Position numbers and translations under genes: made by a program. Positions 60,311 to 64,000 of a stretch of 64,000 bases of DNA are shown piece by piece; the first letter of the stretch is position 1; every line of letters begins with the position of its first letter. Source of the stretch: Candidatus Limnocylindrales bacterium (GTDB taxonomy: Bacteria; Moduliflexota; Moduliflexia; Moduliflexales; JAUQPW01). The stretch covers positions 1 to 64,000 of the forward strand of contig DATMBG010000008.1 in the NCBI GenBank assembly GCA_035559535.1, read 5' to 3'. The notes under the pieces are model-generated. The model saw nothing but the letters and a program-made list of their open reading frames with translations, was not told the origin of the DNA and did not search any database.

Positions 60311-60381
60311 GCATCCCTAAGAAGCCAGAAGTCAGAAGTCGGGATTTCTTAACTTCTTGCCCCCTTGCTTTTAACATGCCC

Positions 60382-60669
60382 CTATTCTATCACCCGTGGC
60401 ACACGGAAATATCCATTTACCCGATCGGGTGCATTTTGTAAGGCCTGATCCTCTGGAAGCGAGGGTTCTACTTTGTCCTCCCGGAAAACATTTTTAATCT
60501 CGACCACATGGGAAGTGGGCAAAATTCCTTCTGTATTTAATTCATTCAACTTGTCCATATAGGTTAGAATCTGGCTCAGTTTTTCTGACATTTCCTGCTT
60601 CTCTTCCTCGGATAAATGGAGTCGTGCCAATTTAGCCACATGCTCTACCTGTTCAATACTGATTTTCAT
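60382..60669 (-). CDS. gatC: Asp/Glu-tRNA amidotransferase subunit C
   Basis: VEHVAKLARL...REDKV...NAP...YFRVPRVIE; AGGAG RBS. Confidence 0.95.
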   Translation of the reverse strand: MKISIEQVEHVAKLARLHLSEEEKQEMSEKLSQILTYMDKLNELNTEGILPTSHVVEIKNVFREDKVEPSLPEDQALQNAPDRVNGYFRVPRVIE

Positions 60670-60949
60670 AGCCTGATTTACTCCTTTCGACGGGTAACAG
60701 GGTTTTTGCCGGAAGTCTAAACTATATCACATTATACGCTCTGGAATTCAGGTTAGCAACCAGATATAGGAATCTCCAATTTGTTAGGGAGGAGATTCAA
60801 TTTGCTAAAGGCATGTTTATTGAATTTCATAATGATCAGGCTATCAGCCTATGCTATCTCTGCCGGTTCGTCAAGGTATTTTTAAAGTCAAACGTCCACG
60901 TTTGACCATATCGGTAGGGGTAATACCTACATAAAAGGAGGTGAGTCAG

Positions 60950-61126
60950 ATGGCAAAGGATCCTGTTTGTGGAATGGAGGTCGATGAAAAGAACCCTCCG
61001 GCCACAAGTACATACAAAGGCAAAACGTATTATTTTTGCGCTGTGGGGTGTAAAAACACCTTTGACAAAAATCCAGAAAAGTATGTTTCCGGAAAGGCGG
61101 GTCAACAAAAAACCGATCACTCCTAA
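60950..61126 (+). CDS. YHS/TRASH-domain small metal-binding protein
   Basis: DPVCGM...YKGKTYYFC..GC...F..NPEKY; AGGAGG RBS. Confidence 0.9.
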   Translation: MAKDPVCGMEVDEKNPPATSTYKGKTYYFCAVGCKNTFDKNPEKYVSGKAGQQKTDHS

Positions 61127-61153
61127 CTCCGGTTAAAGCTCCTTAAGAGCTAC

Positions 61154-61190
61154 GAAGCCCGTTTTCTCCTGGAAAATGGGCTTCCGCTTT
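61154..61190 (+). terminator. Probable intrinsic terminator
   Basis: GAAGCCCGTTTTC-loop-GAAAATGGGCTTC then CGCTTT; the U-tract is weak. Confidence 0.45.
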
Positions 61191-61377
61191 GGAGTATAGG
61201 TAGTTAAGTACACCAGGTAAGTGGATGAGATCTATTTGCAAGTGCAAGCTGGAGCAGGAGTAAAACTTTACCTCCCTTTCATTCCGGTTGTAGAGGGAAT
61301 CGCCGATTCGTCCCTGCCGTAAATTGACGAACTAGCCATCCTCTCTGCAGTCAGGATGCAACTAAAGGAGCTACCCT

Positions 61378-62187
61378 ATGAGACGTTCACCGCGTTTAAT
61401 TATTGCGATTGTTATTGCTATAATCTCTTTGGTATCCTATTACACAGCCCGCGAGTATAATCCGGTTACTAAAGAAACCCAACACGTTAATATAACACCG
61501 AAACAGGAAATTGCCTTAGGTCTTCAGGCTGCTCCCCAGATGGCATCTCAATTTGGAGGATTATCTCCAGATCAACAAAAACAGGCTTTGGTGGATGAGG
61601 TTGGTAATCGACTGGTTTCAAAGACCGAAGCCGGTCAAACCCCTTATAAGTTCGATTTCCATTTACTGGTAGACGAACAGACCATTAATGCTTTTGCCCT
61701 GCCAGGCGGTCAAATATTTATTACCGAAGGGTTAATGAAACTCATGGGCACAGAAGGGGAACTGGCAGGTGTGTTGGGGCATGAGATCGGTCATGTAGTA
61801 GCCCGTCATGCAGCCGAACACATAGCTAAGGCCCAATTAACCGAAGGTCTTACCGGTGCCGCCGTATTGGCCACTTATGATCCCGATGATCCATCCAGCC
61901 AGCGAACAGCAGCCGTTGCTGCATTGATTGGGAATCTGATAAATATGAAATTTAGCCGGGATGATGAGCTGGAAGCCGATCGATTGGGAGTCCGCTTTAC
62001 TTCAGAAGCCGGATATGATCCCCGAGCGATGATCAACATGATGGAAACCCTTGCCCAGGCAAGTAAAGGGCAACGCCCTCCCGAATTTTTTAGTACCCAT
62101 CCGAATCCTGAAAGGCGGATTGAGCAAATCAAAGCTGCAATTCAGGAAAGGTTTCCAAATGGCGTCCCCAACGGACTAACCCGGTAG
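61378..62187 (+). CDS. M48-family zinc metallopeptidase
   Basis: N-terminal TM/signal; NAFALPGG, LGHEIGH (HExxH), FSRDDELEAD, STHP. Confidence 0.92.
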   Translation: MRRSPRLIIAIVIAIISLVSYYTAREYNPVTKETQHVNITPKQEIALGLQAAPQMASQFGGLSPDQQKQALVDEVGNRLVSKTEAGQTPYKFDFHLLVDEQTINAFALPGGQIFITEGLMKLMGTEGELAGVLGHEIGHVVARHAAEHIAKAQLTEGLTGAAVLATYDPDDPSSQRTAAVAALIGNLINMKFSRDDELEADRLGVRFTSEAGYDPRAMINMMETLAQASKGQRPPEFFSTHPNPERRIEQIKAAIQERFPNGVPNGLTR

Positions 62188-62202
62188 TATTCCCGAACTT
62201 TA

Positions 62203-62228
62203 AGCCTGCTAAATGAGCAGGCTGCTTT
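62203..62228 (+). terminator. Possible intrinsic terminator
   Basis: AGCCTGCT-AAATG-AGCAGGCT followed by GCTTT. Confidence 0.4.
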
Positions 62229-62387
62229 CCCATTTATGGGGAGTTGTACTGAAACCCAACAGGGGGTATCGAGTCGGACAATCCTCTCCTGTTATTTTCC
62301 TTTAATTACTATACCTTGCCGTTCTCCCCTTCACCTCTTTCCTCTCCTTCCGCTTCTTAAACTTTCAAAATCGGGTATAAAGTTTCC

Positions 62388-62416
62388 TTGACAGGGAAAA
62401 AGGCCAATTATAGAGT
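62388..62416 (+). promoter_or_regulatory. Sigma70-type promoter
   Basis: TTGACA, 17 bp spacer, TAGAGT upstream of the solute-binding protein gene. Confidence 0.55.
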
Positions 62417-62491
62417 TTAAGCAATTGATCAGAGTTAAAAATATATCTAAAATAAACTCAAAAAACTCCCTTTAAGGAAAGGAAGATCGTC

Positions 62492-64000
62492 ATGGTAAAA
62501 GATTTTCGTTGGTTTCTGGGCCGATGTATCGCCCTATTGTTTCCGGTTCCTTTGCTTTTGATTAGCCTGGTCTCGGGGGTTCTTTGTGAGGAACCTAAAA
62601 TGGGTGGGACCCTTAAGTTTATTCCCCACGCCGATCTGAAGGTTTTAGACCCCATCTGGACGACAGCTTATATTACCCGTAACCACGGTTATATGATTTA
62701 TGATACCTTATTTGCCCTGGATAAAGACCTTAAAATTCAGCCTCAGATGGTGGATACCTGGCAGGTAAGTTCCGATGGTCTGCAGTATACCTTTACGTTA
62801 CGGGAAGGTCTCAAGTTCCATGACGGCAGTCCTGTTACGTCCGATGACGTCATTGCTTCCCTCAAACGATGGGGCCAACGGGATGCTTTGGGAAAGATGT
62901 TAATGATGTTTACGAGTCGTTTGGAAGCGGTGGATGCTAAAACTTTCCGTCTGGAGTTAAAGGAACCCTTTGGGTTAGTTTTAGATGCGCTGGCCAAGCC
63001 AAGCAGTAATGTGCCTTTCATCATGCCGGCTCGAATTGCAGCCACTCCGGCCGATGAACAGATCAAAGAATTTATCGGTTCGGGTCCCTTCAAATTTGTA
63101 AAGGAAGAATGGGAGCCTGGGCATCGGGTAGTTTACGTACGCAATCCCGACTATATTCCACGCTCTGAGCCACCCAGTTTTGGTGCCGGAGGCAAGCGGG
63201 TATATGTGGATCGGGTAGAATGGTTCTACATTCCTGATCCGGCAACGGCCGGGGCGGCGCTGGAAGCCGGAGAGATAGACTATTGGGAAAGGTTTCCTGT
63301 GGATTTTCTTTCCCGATTAGAGAAAAACCCCGACATTCAAATCCTGATAGATCCATCCCGGGTGGTTCAATTCTGGTTGCGCCCCAATCATCTCTATCCA
63401 CCTTTCAACAATCCGAAAGCCCGGCAGGCTCTGGTATGGATGGCCAACCAGGAGACCTATATGCAGGCGGCCATTGGAGATCCAAGAATATGGAAAGCGT
63501 GTCCGGCGTATTTCATGTGTGGGAGTCCCTGGGAGACCTCTGCAGGGTCAGATCCGCAGATGGGAAAAAACCTGGAGAAAGCTAGAAAACTCCTGCAAGA
63601 AGCCGGGTATGACGGACGGCCTGTAGTACTCATGGATCCCACAGATCAGAACGATATCCATATTGTCACGTTGGTAACCCAGCAACTACTCACACAAATC
63701 GGTGTAAAGGTAGATCTCCAGGCTATGGATTGGAGTACCCTGGTCTCTCGTCGAGCCGAGAAGAAACCTCCCCAAGAGGGCGGTTGGAATCTCTTCAGTA
63801 CCTGGTGGCAGTTTGGGGACGTGTTTAATCCGGTAGGAAATCCAGGGATCGTAGGAGATTGTGAAAAAGCCTGGTTTGGTTGGTATTGCAGCAAGAAGAT
63901 GGAAGAATTACGGACCGAATGGGCCCGTACCCAAGATCCGGAGAAGCGTAAACAATTGGCAGAGGAAATCCAAAAATTAGCCTATGAAGAAGTCCCTTAT
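62492..64000 (+). CDS. ABC transporter family-5 (peptide/nickel-type) substrate-binding protein, truncated by the window end (not in the ORF track)
   Basis: Hand translation MVKDFRWF...GGTLKFIPHADLKVLDPIWTTAYITRNHGYMIYDTLFA...FTLREGLKFHDG..VTSDDVIASLKRW...IGSGPFKF; AGGA RBS. Confidence 0.9.
   Translation, partial: MVKDFRWFLGRCIALLFPVPLLLISLVSGVLCEEPKMGGTLKFIPHADLKVLDPIWTTAYITRNHGYMIYDTLFALDKDLKIQPQMVDTWQVSSDGLQYTFTLREGLKFHDGSPVTSDDVIASLKRWGQRDALGKMLMMFTSRLEAVDAKTFRLELKEPFGLVLDALAKPSSNVPFIMPARIAATPADEQIKEFIGSGPFKFVKEEWEPGHRVVYVRNPDYIPRSEPPSFGAGGKRVYVDRVEWFYIPDPATAGAALEAGEIDYWERFPVDFLSRLEKNPDIQILIDPSRVVQFWLRPNHLYPPFNNPKARQALVWMANQETYMQAAIGDPRIWKACPAYFMCGSPWETSAGSDPQMGKNLEKARKLLQEAGYDGRPVVLMDPTDQNDIHIVTLVTQQLLTQIGVKVDLQAMDWSTLVSRRAEKKPPQEGGWNLFSTWWQFGDVFNPVGNPGIVGDCEKAWFGWYCSKKMEELRTEWARTQDPEKRKQLAEEIQKLAYEEVPY

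Noticed and set aside
62458-63894. Short ORFs listed at the window end
   Set aside because: They overlap the unlisted, stop-less ABC solute-binding protein reading frame starting at 62492.

Overview
Bacterial chromosomal window with no rRNA, tRNA, CRISPR array or transposase gene that I can see. It has four blocks. (1) 0.8-28.4 kb: four co-oriented giant secreted repeat proteins (3174, ~1950, 1837 and 1959 aa). They have different stalks (CSLREA/beta-helix + DUF11, SBBP + DUF11, and two Ig-like ASH-type) but all end in the same six-repeat DYDGDG(K)-D-AVWRP module. A lone receiver protein sits inside the cluster. (2) 29-48 kb: a minus-strand run of class V aminotransferase, an active-site-altered PfkA, GalT, a triple-GAF kinase, a receiver and a sigma54 activator. 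After a sigma54 promoter come a membrane kinase, a REC-TPR protein, a KimA/Kup-like transporter with a USP domain, kdpF (missing from the ORF track), kdpABC and a soluble KdpD(N)-Usp-PTS EIIA fusion. I read the latter part as a rewired, KdpE-less potassium regulon. (3) 49-60.7 kb: housekeeping genes aspS (non-discriminating signature), phoH, ybeY, two hypotheticals, and gatCAB-(ubiquitin-like MoaD/ThiS)-accC-dtd-mtnN. (4) 60.9-64 kb: a YHS protein, an M48 peptidase and a truncated family-5 ABC solute-binding protein. Across the window, many gene junctions carry hairpins built from 7-8-nt tandem repeats. REP-like palindromes are also present, some nested and one inside a coding sequence. All domain calls come from motif recognition by eye; no database searches were run.
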